A stretch of 63,509 bases of DNA, filler included, from Octopus bimaculoides (GCF_001194135.2; 3 parts of 3 records of this genome joined end to end with filler, not necessarily neighbours in it), one strand, 5' to 3'. Positions 10,536-23,100 are shown, numbered from the whole stretch's first letter. Numbers and translations: made by a program. Notes: a model not told the origin generated them from the letters alone.

Positions 10536-10740
10536 TTGTGTGTGTCTGTTTGTCCCACCACCATCGTTTGACAATCGATGTTGGTGTGTTTACATCCCCG
10601 TAATTTAGCGGTTCGGCAAAAAGAAATCCGATAGAAGAAATAGCTAGGCTTACAAAATATAAGCCCTGGGGTCGATTCGTTCGGCCAGAGGTGATGCTCC
10701 AGCTTAGCCGCAGTCAAATGACTGAAACAATGAATGAATA
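10353..10740 (+). mobile_element. SINE family B, near full length
   Basis: TGTGTGGTAAGTAGCTTGC head, GGCACCTT.GGCAAGT CORE-like motif, internal (TA)n(TG)n and CAGTCAAATGACTGAAAC tail. Confidence 0.88.
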
Positions 10741-10945
10741 AATAAATAAATGAGTAAAAAGAAAAAAAAAATGGTTATTACAGTCCAAGGGAGAAAATTC
10801 ATACCTCAGACAACTTTTGTCAAAGTTATTTCCCTTGGACTTCTACATGCGTGTGCTTGCGTATGCATGTGCTTACATATGTGTGTATAACACAACAGCT
10901 GATATTGGATTCTAGGTGACAAGAATGAAAAACTTTAATACTCAC

Positions 10946-11068
10946 CTGTGTACCCTTTTGGACAAACACATGTGTAGCCCAAGTATTTGTCCACGCAAGT
11001 GGCATAATTTTCACATTTATGAGAGACGCAATCATCCACACTGGCAAGGCAATCTGCAGACGTCCACC
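10946..11068 (-). CDS. EGF-repeat type I membrane protein, first visible exon (1 EGF; upstream exons missing)
   Basis: Acceptor TTATCAG|GG at 11069/11068, donor ACAG|GTGAGT at 10946/10945. 123 nt, phase 1-1. Encodes (G)WTSADCLASVDDCVSHKCENYATCVDKYLGYTCVCPKGYT(G). It starts mid-EGF, so an upstream exon is required. Confidence 0.92.
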
Positions 11069-11197
11069 CTGATAACATCAAGAGAGAGAGAGAGAGAGAT
11101 AAGAATTTACTAAACAACTGAACAAAAACAGAAAGATGTCAAGATCGTTTCGACCCAGAAAACATCGTTTCCAGCTTGCCATACGACACCATATCTA

Positions 11198-11332
11198 TAT
11201 CCTTATATTTTCAAAAAGAGGAGCTCAGTACCCCCATATCCAACACAAACCAACATCTGTGGACTGGCTTCTGGGTTATTGCTTTCTGCTGGATGGGGAT
11301 GCTAAGCTGCCCTGCTTGAAAATATAAGGATA
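11198..11332. mobile_element. 135-bp MITE-like element with perfect 17-bp terminal inverted repeats
   Basis: TATCCTTATATTTTCAA (11198-11214) and TTGAAAATATAAGGATA (11316-11332), plus an imperfect inner pair agctcagtacccccatatcca / tggatggggatgctaagct. Confidence 0.75.
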
Positions 11333-11487
11333 CAGAAATTACGTTGTATGACCAGCTGGAAATGAATGCTTATTAGGGCTAAACAACAGTAACATTCATC
11401 CTATTCAAGACTGCCACGCTACGTTGGCAAATAGTCTTTACTTTAAAAACAGATAAAACATATATTTATACACATGTATACATATAT

Positions 11488-11524
<37 letters not shown>

Positions 11525-12749
11525 NNNNNNNNNNNNNNNNNNNNNNNNNNNNNNNNNNNNNNNNNNNNNNNNNNNNNNNNNNNNNNNNNNNNNNNNNNNN
11601 NNNNNNNNNNNNNNNNNNNNNNNNNNNNNNNNNNNNNNNNNNNNNNNNNNNNNNNNNNNNNNNNNNNNNNNNNNNNNNNNNNNNNNNNNNNNNNNNNNNN
11701 NNNNNNNNNNNNNNNNNNNNNNNNNNNNNNNNNNNNNNNNNNNNNNNNNNNNNNNNNNNNNNNNNNNNNNNNNNNNNNNNNNNNNNNNNNNNNNNNNNNN
11801 NNNNNNNNNNNNNNNNNNNNNNNNNNNNNNNNNNNNNNNNNNNNNNNNNNNNNNNNNNNNNNNNNNNNNNNNNNNNNNNNNNNNNNNNNNNNNNNNNNNN
11901 NNNNNNNNNNNNNNNNNNNNNNNNNNNNNNNNNNNNNNNNNNNNNNNNNNNNNNNNNNNNNNNNNNNNNNNNNNNNNNNNNNNNNNNNNNNNNNNNNNNN
12001 NNNNNNNNNNNNNNNNNNNNNNNNNNNNNNNNNNNNNNNNNNNNNNNNNNNNNNNNNNNNNNNNNNNNNNNNNNNNNNNNNNNNNNNNNNNNNNNNNNNN
12101 NNNNNNNNNNNNNNNNNNNNNNNNNNNNNNNNNNNNNNNNNNNNNNNNNNNNNNNNNNNNNNNNNNNNNNNNNNNNNNNNNNNNNNNNNNNNNNNNNNNN
12201 NNNNNNNNNNNNNNNNNNNNNNNNNNNNNNNNNNNNNNNNNNNNNNNNNNNNNNNNNNNNNNNNNNNNNNNNNNNNNNNNNNNNNNNNNNNNNNNNNNNN
12301 NNNNNNNNNNNNNNNNNNNNNNNNNNNNNNNNNNNNTAGACAAGAAAATAATAATAACCAGAGTACAGAAAACACACAAGCCACATAGAGAACATTTTCC
12401 TTCATCAGCTACCCCCGTTTTAACACCGGCGTTTCGAAGAGTCGGGCAGGACGCATCGTTAAAACGGCTCTTCCCATGGACCGCAAATTAAATTTGTATA
12501 TACAAATTAAACCTGTGCCATGGAGGAATGTCGTGGCGGACAAAAAACAAGACGGGAAAACAAACGGAAAAGGCTATGCGGCCAGACGTGAAAAATTGTG
12601 TATATGAACGCTGTGAGGCACGAACTGAAAAAGACGGGACGAAGTAAGTTCGCGTGTTTGCTCGGCAATAGCCAAGGAAGAAAAGGATTGTAACAATGGT
12701 TGAGTAAGAGAAATACTGCTCTGAAGGAAAACAGTTGTCCACGAGGGTG

Positions 12750-12935
12750 AATTAGCTGGCTTCTTTCAAAGTTGGAAACTATTATGGATAACTGTCAGGA
12801 CCTCTTAGCCTAGCGCTGTCACAACGGGGCACTACAGGTTCGAAACAGATGTTAAGGTTTGGAAGCCCGGTGTAACTGTGCAAGATGCATGCAGAATAAT
12901 GAAACCGCACTGCATGTACTCAACAAGTGTTGATT
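12750..12935 (+). mobile_element. Non-LTR retrotransposon C-terminal zinc-knuckle remnant
   Basis: 12877-12930 translates CARCMQNNETALHVLNKC, a C-x2-C-x8-H-x4-C motif with the ETxxH signature; stops flank it. Confidence 0.5.
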
Positions 12936-13047
12936 GTAGAATTGTGTCGAACAGCTGCTGTCGTCTATACATACATACATACATATATATATGTATATAT
13001 ATANNNNNNNNNNNNNNNNNNNNNNNNNNNNNNNNNNNNNNNNNNNN

Positions 13048-13059
13048 TTAATTAATTAA
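13048..13059. other. Artificial six-frame-stop scaffold linker
   Basis: TTAATTAATTAA centred between two runs of 44 N, 100 bp in total. Confidence 0.9.
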
Positions 13060-13103
13060 NNNNNNNNNNNNNNNNNNNNNNNNNNNNNNNNNNNNNNNNN
13101 NNN

Positions 13104-13151
<48 letters not shown>

Positions 13152-13686
13152 CATGCTCAAACACACACATGTTTGTATATGTGTATGTATGCATATATAC
13201 GTAGAAAAGTCACAAACACACGAACTAACAAGCAAATACTCGCTCACACATTTCACGTTCACACACACACACACGGACACACACACACACACGCACACAT
13301 AACACGCGCACGCACGCACACGCACACACACACACACAGACACACATACACACACATATTATATATATGCGATGGGCTTCTTTCAGCTTCCGTCTACTAA
13401 ATCCACGGACAAGGCTTTGGTAGACCGAGAAACATGACGTTGTGAAGCAAACTTCTTACCACATTTTTTGTCTACGCTTCTGAGCAGTTTTTATACAATA
13501 TTTCTTTTTGCTTGCAAAAGCTGGTTCTTTTGGTCAAACTATCGTATCTCCAGCTGCTTCAGATGCCAGGATATTTAAAATTGTCAAAATGTAGTACAAC
13601 GGTTTTGCTATGGAATGGTGAAACTATGTTTTCGTTTTCTGAAAAAGCAACGTTTTGGACCTACGGCACTTTTGCATAATAGCAAT

Positions 13687-13819
<133 letters not shown>

Positions 13820-14162
13820 AGAGGTGGGGTATATGGAATTTAGTTATCTCCCTTCTTAATATCTGCATTGGAATTCAGTTATCGTCGATATCTATCTTGC
13901 TCATTTAGGTGTCTTGAATATATATTTCAGTTAAGCATATAGCCCTCTGTGGTCTCTAGCCCCTTGTGGGTAATAAAGAAATCATTGTCCTCTGCGCAGT
14001 TTATTGCGACTCGTGCAGTTTGTTGTGTCTGTGTTTATGAAGTAATCAGTGTTATACACCGAATAGTAAATATGCCGGCACTCAATATTTCGGTGTGCAA
14101 CCATAATCTAATTTACTACAAAGTATATAAACGTTTTTGTAAGTCAATATCGTTTTCTACCG

Positions 14163-14585
14163 AAGACGGCGAGCTGGCAGAAACGATAGCTCGTCGGGCG
14201 AGATGTTTAGCGGTATTTCGTCTGCCGTTATATTCTGAGTTCAAGTTTCGCCCAGGTCATCTTAGCCTGTCATCGTTTCGGGGTTGATAAATTAAGGAGC
14301 ACTTACGCACTGGGATCGATGTAATCGACTTAATCCCTTTGTCTGTCCCCTCTATGTTTAGCCCCTTGTGGGCAGTACAGAAATAAGAAACGTTAGCACG
14401 TCGGGCGAATTGCTTAGCAGTATTTCGTCTGCGGTTATATTCTGAGGTCAAGTTCTGCCGATGTCGACTTTGTCTTTCATCCTTCCGGAATGGATAAATT
14501 AAGTACCAGTTGGGTACTGGAGTCGATCTAATCGACTAGCCCCGTACCCCAAAATTTCGTGCCTTGTGCCTAGAGTAGAAAAGAA
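14163..14585 (+). mobile_element. Two tandem SINE family A copies with different tails
   Basis: First copy ends TTTAGCCCCTTGTGGGCAGTACAGAAATA; second ends GTGCCTTGTGCCTAGAGTAGAAAAG. Confidence 0.8.
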
Positions 14586-15877
14586 TATCGTGGTCTACCG
14601 TATTAAGATTATTATACAAATCTTTAGAGATAACCTAAACACGTCAAATACTAGTTTCAAAAATTATATTTCCTTAATACTCATCGTTCTAGAATTTTGT
14701 TTATGTTTATTTAGTATCTTATATTATCTAAATAAGTCAAACATTTCTATAGAATATTTGATTTCATCTTTATTTAGAATTCATGTTCTATTGAAATTGA
14801 GCTTTCATCCCATCAAGATGTATGAGATATCAAATAGTCCTTCGTTTAAAAACGATTAGAAGATACAGGATAACACGATCGGTCGTATTTTCCGTGATAT
14901 ATACGTATCGTAAGTGAGAGATTCGGCTGACGTAATCAGCCATTTATCACACAATGATAAAAAACAACCAGAAGTATTCCAGAATACGAGATAGATACTG
15001 AAACGCTAAGAAGAAATATATTTTAAAGTTACGGTTCTTAAACATTAGATTAGTTTTACTTTTGAATGGAATCCAATATGCTCCTTCAGTAATAGCTTTT
15101 TCGAATTCATCTGAAGCACTGAAAATTACATAAAAAAATAAATCCTTGAAAATCTGTCATATAATTAGATGTTGCTATATTTGTTTCAATATATTTAATA
15201 TTTTTTTTTATACATACTTGAGAATTATGACTCGTTGCTTATGTATAGGTTTTAAGGTTTGATTTTTGAATTTTCGTTTAACAGATCGCTATCTGAATTA
15301 CGTCTTGCATTTTAATTTAGGAACTGCTCAGGTTTGAATAAGATTCTGACAAACATATAAACGTACTAATTCACTATANNNNNNNNNNNNNATATATATA
15401 TGTTTATATATATTTATATATGCGCCTAGATATGTACATATACACACATATATATAGAGAAAGACAGGGAAAGAGGGAAAAGGAGGGAGAGATGGGGAGA
15501 GACTAACCGAAGTTGGCATGGAGATGGGTGTATGTATATATACATATATATACTGACACACACAACCACACACACACACACACAGAAACGCATACAAACA
15601 CACACATATAGGGACGAGCACCCGAATTTAAATATTAACATAGATTTAGATATACATTCACTTACATAACCACACTCACGTGCATGCACACTGAGACACT
15701 GACATACATTGACGCTCAATGGCACATGCGCAAGCGCAGACTAGCAATGCCATACCTATACATCTATGCATTCATATTCAATGAATATGTATGTGTCAAA
15801 AATTTCCCTCATCTTCACGCACCACAACCAACACCCACCCCCAAACACGCACACATATATATACATATATGATATAC

Positions 15878-16047
15878 GCAGGAGTGGCTGTGTGGTAAGT
15901 AGCTTGCTTACCAACCACATGGTTCCGGGTTCATTCCCACTGCGTGGCACCTTGGGCAAGTGTCTTCTGCTATAGCCTCGGGCCGACCAAAGCCTTGTGA
16001 GTGGATTTGGTAGACGGAAACTGAAAGAAGCCCGTCGTATATATATG

Positions 16048-16091
<44 letters not shown>

Positions 16092-16291
16092 TGTTTGTCC
16101 CCCCCAAGATTGCTTGACAACCGATGGTGGTGTGTTTATATCCCCGTAACTTAGCGGTTCGGCCAAAGAGATCGATAGAATAAGTACTAGGCTTACAAAG
16201 AATAAGTCCTGGGGTCGATTTGCTCGACTAAAGGCGGTGCTCCAGCATGGCCGCAGTCAAATGACTGAAACAAGTAAAAGAGTAAAAGAGA
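15878..16291 (+). mobile_element. SINE family B, full length (cleanest copy)
   Basis: GCAGGAGTGGCTGTGTGGTAAG A-box-like, GGGTTCATTCCC B-box-like, ACCTTGGGCAAGT CORE-like, internal microsatellite and AGTAAAAG tail. Confidence 0.9.
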
Positions 16292-16414
16292 ATATATGTT
16301 TATATGTATGTATATATGATATACATATATTTACATGCAATATATGATATAAACGAGTATAAATATAAATAAATACATATTTATACATATATAGATGTTT
16401 GTATGTATATATAA

Positions 16415-16470
<56 letters not shown>

Positions 16471-17147
16471 CTATGTATACATATATGTATATAAATATAT
16501 ATACGTATATATATACATATATATATATGTGTGTGTGTCTGTGTGTGTGTGTGTTTGCATACATGCCAATACGAGATACGTCGGGATATAGATGTATGCA
16601 AATTGAATTAGTTAAACGAAAGATAAGACTTATAGTAACAAAATATGACAACATTTGTATGGATGCTTTACTTTGTATATATCTGTAATATGTGTCAGAT
16701 AAGAAGAATTCAGAATTCCTCAAATTATACTGTTTCACTATTATCACTGTTCATGTATGACGATTGATATATCATGACAACTGTCTCTTTCACTCTCTAT
16801 CTCACTCATTCTCTCAAGGATCACCTACTAATAAAACAAATTCAACAGAAATCTGCAAGAACGTTTCCTGAAATGAAATTGTCGGTCCCTCGAATAGGTT
16901 TTCGAGCAATCTTTGCCGATGGACCAGTCATTCAATGTTATATAAGCCGTGTCAGTTGTCAGTTGTCAGTGGATTTGGTAGACAGAAACTGTAAGAAGCC
17001 CACCAGACATACATACATGGATACATACATACATAAACAGACAAACATATATACATACATACATACATACATACATACATACATACATACATACACACAT
17101 ACACACACATACATACACGCACAAATACATACATCCATACATCCATA

Positions 17148-17267
<120 letters not shown>

Positions 17268-17279
17268 ACATAATTATGT

Positions 17280-17940
17280 TTCGACCAAAGAGTGGTCAAG
17301 GTTATATCTGACTTAATAGCACCACCTGATAGGATTAACTAAATGTTTTTGAAGACAGTTTGTGTGGTATCGTGGTCCGTTCGAGTAGGGAGTTTTTGTT
17401 GAAGTGAATTGTATCCAGGTATAAGTAGCTTACCTGGTATTCCTTTAAGAACTTTGTCCAGATTTCATTTAAAGTTGATGGGATCCTTTTCCTCTTTGAT
17501 CTGTTCTGGGACAATGTTAAATAGGGCAGGGCCTGTTAAAGAGAAGAAATTGTGTTACAGTGTATTTATACCTTGTGATCCTGAATTGGGTAAAGGACGT
17601 ATGTCTCGTGGTTGAATATTCTTTTCTACCCTAGGCACAAGGCCCGACATTTTGTGGGAGGTGGCCAGTAGATTACATCGAGCCAAGTACACAACTGGTA
17701 CTTAACTTATTGAGCCTGAAAGGTTGAAAGGCAGAGTCGACCTCGGTGGCAGTTGAACTCAGAACGGAAAGACAGACGAAATACCGCTAAGCCTTTCGCC
17801 CGGCGTACTAACGCTTCTGCCAGCTCGTCACCTTAGACTTGGTTGAATATTGAAGCTAATGTCGAGGTCGTTTCGGCAATACTCGTGGTATATTCGCTAG
17901 ATTGCGCAAATGATATATCGCTCACGGCGGAACTGGAATT
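17280..17940 (-). mobile_element. CR1/L2-like LINE 3' fragment interrupted by a SINE
   Basis: Minus strand reads QFRRERYII... and TGPALFNIVPEQIKEEKDPINFK*NLDKVLKGIPG, a typical CR1-group C-terminal pattern. Confidence 0.6.
17621..17834 (-). mobile_element. SINE family A with 12-bp flanking direct repeat
   Basis: TGGTTGAATATT at 17609-17620 and 17840-17851. Confidence 0.85.
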
Positions 17941-18560
17941 ATATATAGGTTAGCTAAGCTAGAGGTTAAAATAACTGTCTAAGGCATAACAATATCCATC
18001 ATACTACCGGTCTATTACCTATGTTTATCCATGAGCATAAATCGTTAAGATATTAACACATATAAAAACGCACACACACACAGACACACACAAAAACACA
18101 CATGTATATAGATAGGTTAGCTGAGTTAGAGATAAAAATAACCGTCTAACGGATAAAAGTATCCATTATAATACCGGTATATTGCGTATGTCTAACCATG
18201 GGCACACATATGCAAGCCTAGGTTAAAATAACCGTCTAAGGGATAAAAGTATCCATCATACTAGCGGTCTTTTACCTATGTTTAACCATGGGCATAAATC
18301 GTTAAGATATTAGCACATACACATATACACACGCACACATACACAGACACACACACACAAACACACGCACACATACACAGACACACACACACAAACACAC
18401 GCACACATACACAGACACACACACAAAAACACACGCACACACATGTATATAGGTTAGCTGAGTTAGAGATTAAAATAACTGTCTAAGGGATAAAAGTATC
18501 CATTATAATACCGGTATATAACGTATGTTTAACCATGGGCACACATATGCAAGCCTATTA
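17941..18560. repeat. Four-unit tandem array with A-B-A-B higher-order structure
   Basis: AAAATAAC.GTCTAA.G.ATAA.A.TATCCAT recurs near 17970, 18135, 18225 and 18470, separated by (CA)-rich spacers. Confidence 0.85.
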
Positions 18561-18619
18561 TGCTCATCAATTATAGGTAAAAACAAGGATAAACATGAGT
18601 TTATCAAGAATCAAAATTT

Positions 18620-19001
18620 AAAGGAAACAGAAAATGGAGAAACATTGATGAAAAACAAATGACTTACATCAATTATTATTTATTAATTCAATTCAAATAG
18701 ACTGCTTCCCATCTAACAGCTGTTTCTGCTTCCAATTTTGTATGGTATTGCCATGGACATGTTAAAGATATTTATCATATTTGGCTATAAAACCTGAAGC
18801 ACTGATGAGGCTCCATGTTTCAGATAGGTTTTATTACTAAACATGATAAATATTTTTAGCATATCAATGGCAATACCATGCAACACTCGAAGCAGAAACA
18901 GCTGTTAGTTGGGATGCAGTGTATTTGTATTGAATTAATATATAATAATTGATGTAAGTCAATTGTTGTTCTTCAACATTTCTCCATTGTCTGCTTTCTT
19001 T
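18620..19001. repeat. Long imperfect inverted repeat (foldback), arms about 180 bp, 14-nt loop
   Basis: Paired blocks GACTTACATCAATTATTA/TAATAATTGATGTAAGTC, CTAACAGCTGTTTCTGCTTC/GAAGCAGAAACAGCTGTTAG and TGGTATTGCCA/TGGCAATACCA; loop at 18802-18815. Confidence 0.92.
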
Positions 19002-20066
19002 ATATATATGTGTGTATGTATATATGTATGTATGCGTACGTGGATATGTGTGTGTATGTGTATTTATTATTCACTGCATAATGATGTCTTATTCTTTTAC
19101 ATTCTCTGTATTAATGTACGAACATACACATAGATACCCGTATAAGTATATAATTTCATTTTCTGAGCAAGTAGCCTATGAGACATTTTGCAAAAGCTGG
19201 GCAATGATATTGTTTTGTTGTAAAATCTCAATATGTGACTCATGTGCACAGATTTCCGTGTCTGGACAATAAACAAAACATCGACAGAAGCAAAGCTATC
19301 TATCTTTGAAACTATCTACCTTTGAGTCCCGTAATTTTAGAACTAAATCATAACGATGATATTTTGTGCGCCAGTGAATATTTACAAAGAATCATAAAAT
19401 ATATTCTAATGAAATATTCAATGCTATGTTATAATGTTTTTCTTCCCATTCTAAAATTCTATCTTCTCACTCTCCACTTTTGTTTAATTTCTCTTGCACT
19501 CATATAATTTGATTTCCAAACGTATTTACTTTTAATTATTCTATTATCTATCTTTATATCTTTTATTTTTTGTCTTCATGATACTGAATTCCATATTTGA
19601 AGCTTCAGTTCGGACACAGCGTAATCTCCCTTCAATTGTCTAATAATATCCTACAGTTTTCTTGCATTTGCCTTATCGATTACATGTCAATTTGCTATTA
19701 TCCGTATGTCATTTATTTCTGGTTAATAATAGGCTTGCTGCTTCTCTTCTTAAACTATTTAATTATTTTGAGATCTTCATGTTACCAAGTCTTCACGTTT
19801 TACTTTCTGAGAAGAATGCGTGCATGCATACCACACACACACGCGCGTACACGTGCACACACACACATATATGCACACACACACACGCATACAAACATAC
19901 ACACACTTATACATATATACTTACATGCATACATATATGTATATATATTTGTCTCTGTGCGTATGTATGTACTAGTACGTATACACTTACACACTCGCAC
20001 TCATATATGAATTTGAGTATGCATACACAGTTAGACAAATGCGTACAAACATATATGTGCGTGTAG

Positions 20067-20115
<49 letters not shown>

Positions 20116-23100
20116 TACACCAATATGCCTGCATGTATAACGCACACACATACTTTTGGATATAATGTTTTAAGTTATTAGATTTAATTTAAAAACACTT
20201 TGCAAATTCAGGATGCCAGAAGAGTTTCGAAATGAAAATGAAGATTTCATTCCGATTCTCAAGACAGTAATTAGCTTATTACGAAATGGAAATAGGCTTT
20301 CCTTCTTTACTTTCGTAGTAATTATTTGCTTCACTGCAGCATATTTGCTTAGGCAATTACAGATACAAAGCTAGCTTTTTCTTCTCCGAATTCTTCATTT
20401 TGTCAATCCACATTGATTTCAATTCCAGTTAGATTTTCTACCAATGTGTCAATAAACACTTAAATAGTCTATATAAAAGTAGTTAACACTTTGATATTCC
20501 AGAAATATTCACAAATTCTAACTGATATCTTCCAATTTGGATATTTTCATCAGTATTATTATAGAGGTTACTGCTGCCCTTTGTTAGAGTTCTTCATCGC
20601 TCTGCTATCGTAAGTTTTGGACCAATAACGCGTTTCCAAACTTAAAATGTTAATAAAATTTGCATATAAGTCGAAACTGATGGTTACACAAAATTTGGTA
20701 GTCTATGAAAGGATATAAATCAATAGAAATGCGTTGGCATTATTTCGTAGAGTTAACGTGAATGCATTGTGTTAAATAAAAATAGAGAAATAGTGGAGAT
20801 AATTCTCCTCATAGCAACCTGACCGAAATTAACTGTGTTTAATGACGCGTACAGGGAATACTTTAAAACGACGATTAGTTTTCGGAAAATTTATTCAAAG
20901 TCTTACTTCCTATGACGAGCAATTTGCAACTAATTTCCTAGTTAAGAAATGATTGAAACATAGATGTACTTTAAAAACCTCTAGACTTGCCTCTAAACAG
21001 AGGAGAGTTTCATCCAGAGTGAAGTGAAAATTGGAGCTTGGTATCTTGTATTTGAAATGTTTCAGTGCACTGTCCCACGAGGCATTGCTTTACAGCATAT
21101 GTGTCTCATTTTAATTAAGTACAGTGGAACGAATTTTCATACCCAAAGGAACAACCCACCATAACTCCCAGTTTTGACCCACGAGCTCATGATATTCGGA
21201 CCCTTATGTCATTGGGCTTTATTCAGTAATACAAATTGAGTAACTTATGAGCAATCCATTTGAATTTAGTAATAAAACCAGCCGTAATATTAGTTAGTGT
21301 TCCATTTCTAGGGTTAATAAAATGAGTCACCAAATCACCGACAGTTCCTTAACAAAGCTGGACGTATATACCACTATATTTATTGAAAGAGGGATTATGA
21401 CGACACAGGCTAATTTTTTAGTTGCATTCTCCTAATATCCCCTTCAGGTGGGCATAGACACAAATAGTCACTAGAATATATAGGCTTCTAATGTTATCAA
21501 GAATTATACCACAGTTAAAATAAAGCCATATACATAATTGTTGTATTGTTGAAGGCGGTCCAGAATACACAAATCTCTGCACTCGGGGAGAATATAACTT
21601 TGATCAGAAATGTGTATGTCATGTTATGTAGTACAAGTATAACATATGAACTATGGTGAACGTTGTTTTAAATAAGTTTATGTCATTAAAACAATGCAGT
21701 AATCCATGAGTTGTAAATTGCGTGGGGAATACGTTATAAAGAAATAGTTACCTTAAATAGATATATTCAAGCTTCTTATTTTCTAGTTGATAAATTAAAT
21801 ACAGCTACCATTTCCCTCCTAATTTTATTTAATTTCTTTTCTTTTGAATGTATTTTTCTCAATTTATTTTCCCAGTCTATATTGATTTCTTGACACATAA
21901 GGATTCCAACTTCCACATCAGTTGCTTTGTTATATTACTACAGTAAAATATCGTTATTTTTAGACATAAGTGTTTCACCTAATGTGTACTTGACAAACCT
22001 TTGGTGAAATCTTTTTTGACCTTTTTTTTCAGACCAGAAATAAGATGTTTTTGAAATAGCTGTAAATGGGAATAACTGGTTAAAAATAAAATGACATTAA
22101 AGTTTAGATTATAATTATATACGTGTAAATTTTTTGCAGACAAAATGATGTTTTAAGCTTCTTTGATAANNNNNNNNNNNNNNNNNNNNNNNNNNNNNNN
22201 NNNNNNNNNNNNNNNNNNNNNNNNNNNNNNNNNNNNNNNNNNNNNNNNNNNNNNNNNNNNNNNNNNNNNNNNNNNNNNNNNNNNNNNNNNNNNNNNNNNN
22301 NNNNNNNNNNNNNNNNNNNNNNNNNNNNNNNNNNNNNNNNNNNNNNNNNNNNNNNNNNNNNNNNNNNNNNNNNNNNNNNNNNNNNNNNNNNNNNNNNNNN
22401 NNNNNNNNNNNNNNNNNNNNNNNNNNNNNNNNNNNNNNNNNNNNNNNNNNNNNNNNNNNNNNNNNNNNNNNNNNNNNNNNNNNNNNNNNNNNNNNNNNNN
22501 NNNNNNNNNNNNNNNNNNNNNNNNNNNNNNNNNNNNNNNNNNNNNNNNNNNNNNNNNNNNNNNNNNNNNNNNNNNNNNNNNNNNNNNNNNNNNNNTATAT
22601 ATACATGTATGTACATTTGTATTGGCATGGCTACAATTCACTTCACATGTCAGTAACCTGACATTTCAAACAAAGAACTTCAAGAAAAGTGAAATCTAGA
22701 TTTGAATCTAAAGCACATACATAAGGGCACGCAGAGATTGCTACGTAAATTCATGTCATTGATTGTTCAATAGCATATTAATAATAGTGAAGGTTTTTTT
22801 TGTTTATTATGATTTTTAGGGAGAAATCTATTAATTCAATTACACTGAATATGTAAAACGTTTCCAGTTTTCGTTTTCGTTTGAGACAGAAAAGAAAGGG
22901 AAGACAGCGCTTGGGAGAAAATTTCAAGGTATGACACATGAAATTAGAGGGACCAGATGGGTTAGTCGGGCGGAATGAGTGTAGGGATTCTGAGGTAGGT
23001 TGTTTAAATTAAAAAAAAAGAAAACATTAATGAGAGAAAGTGTATCAATGCCAAGAGGTATTGATGCCCACTTAAAATGTTCTGTTAGAACAAACTATGC

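Noticed and set aside
11438-12405. Long ORFs spanning N gaps (also near 22.1, 37, 45.5 and 57 kb)
   Set aside because: They are artefacts of stop-free N runs.
12395-12450. GAAAC...CTGATGA on the minus strand as a type II hammerhead ribozyme
   Set aside because: Stems I-III could not be paired and the cleavage-site context is missing.
15878-15960. tRNA genes at SINE heads (also 32900-32977, 41888-41950, 60500-60530)
   Set aside because: A/B-box-like motifs lead into SINE bodies, and no complete cloverleaf is evident.
17941-18560. CRISPR-like repeat-spacer array
   Set aside because: The context is eukaryotic, the units are long and degenerate, the spacers are microsatellites, and there are no cas genes.
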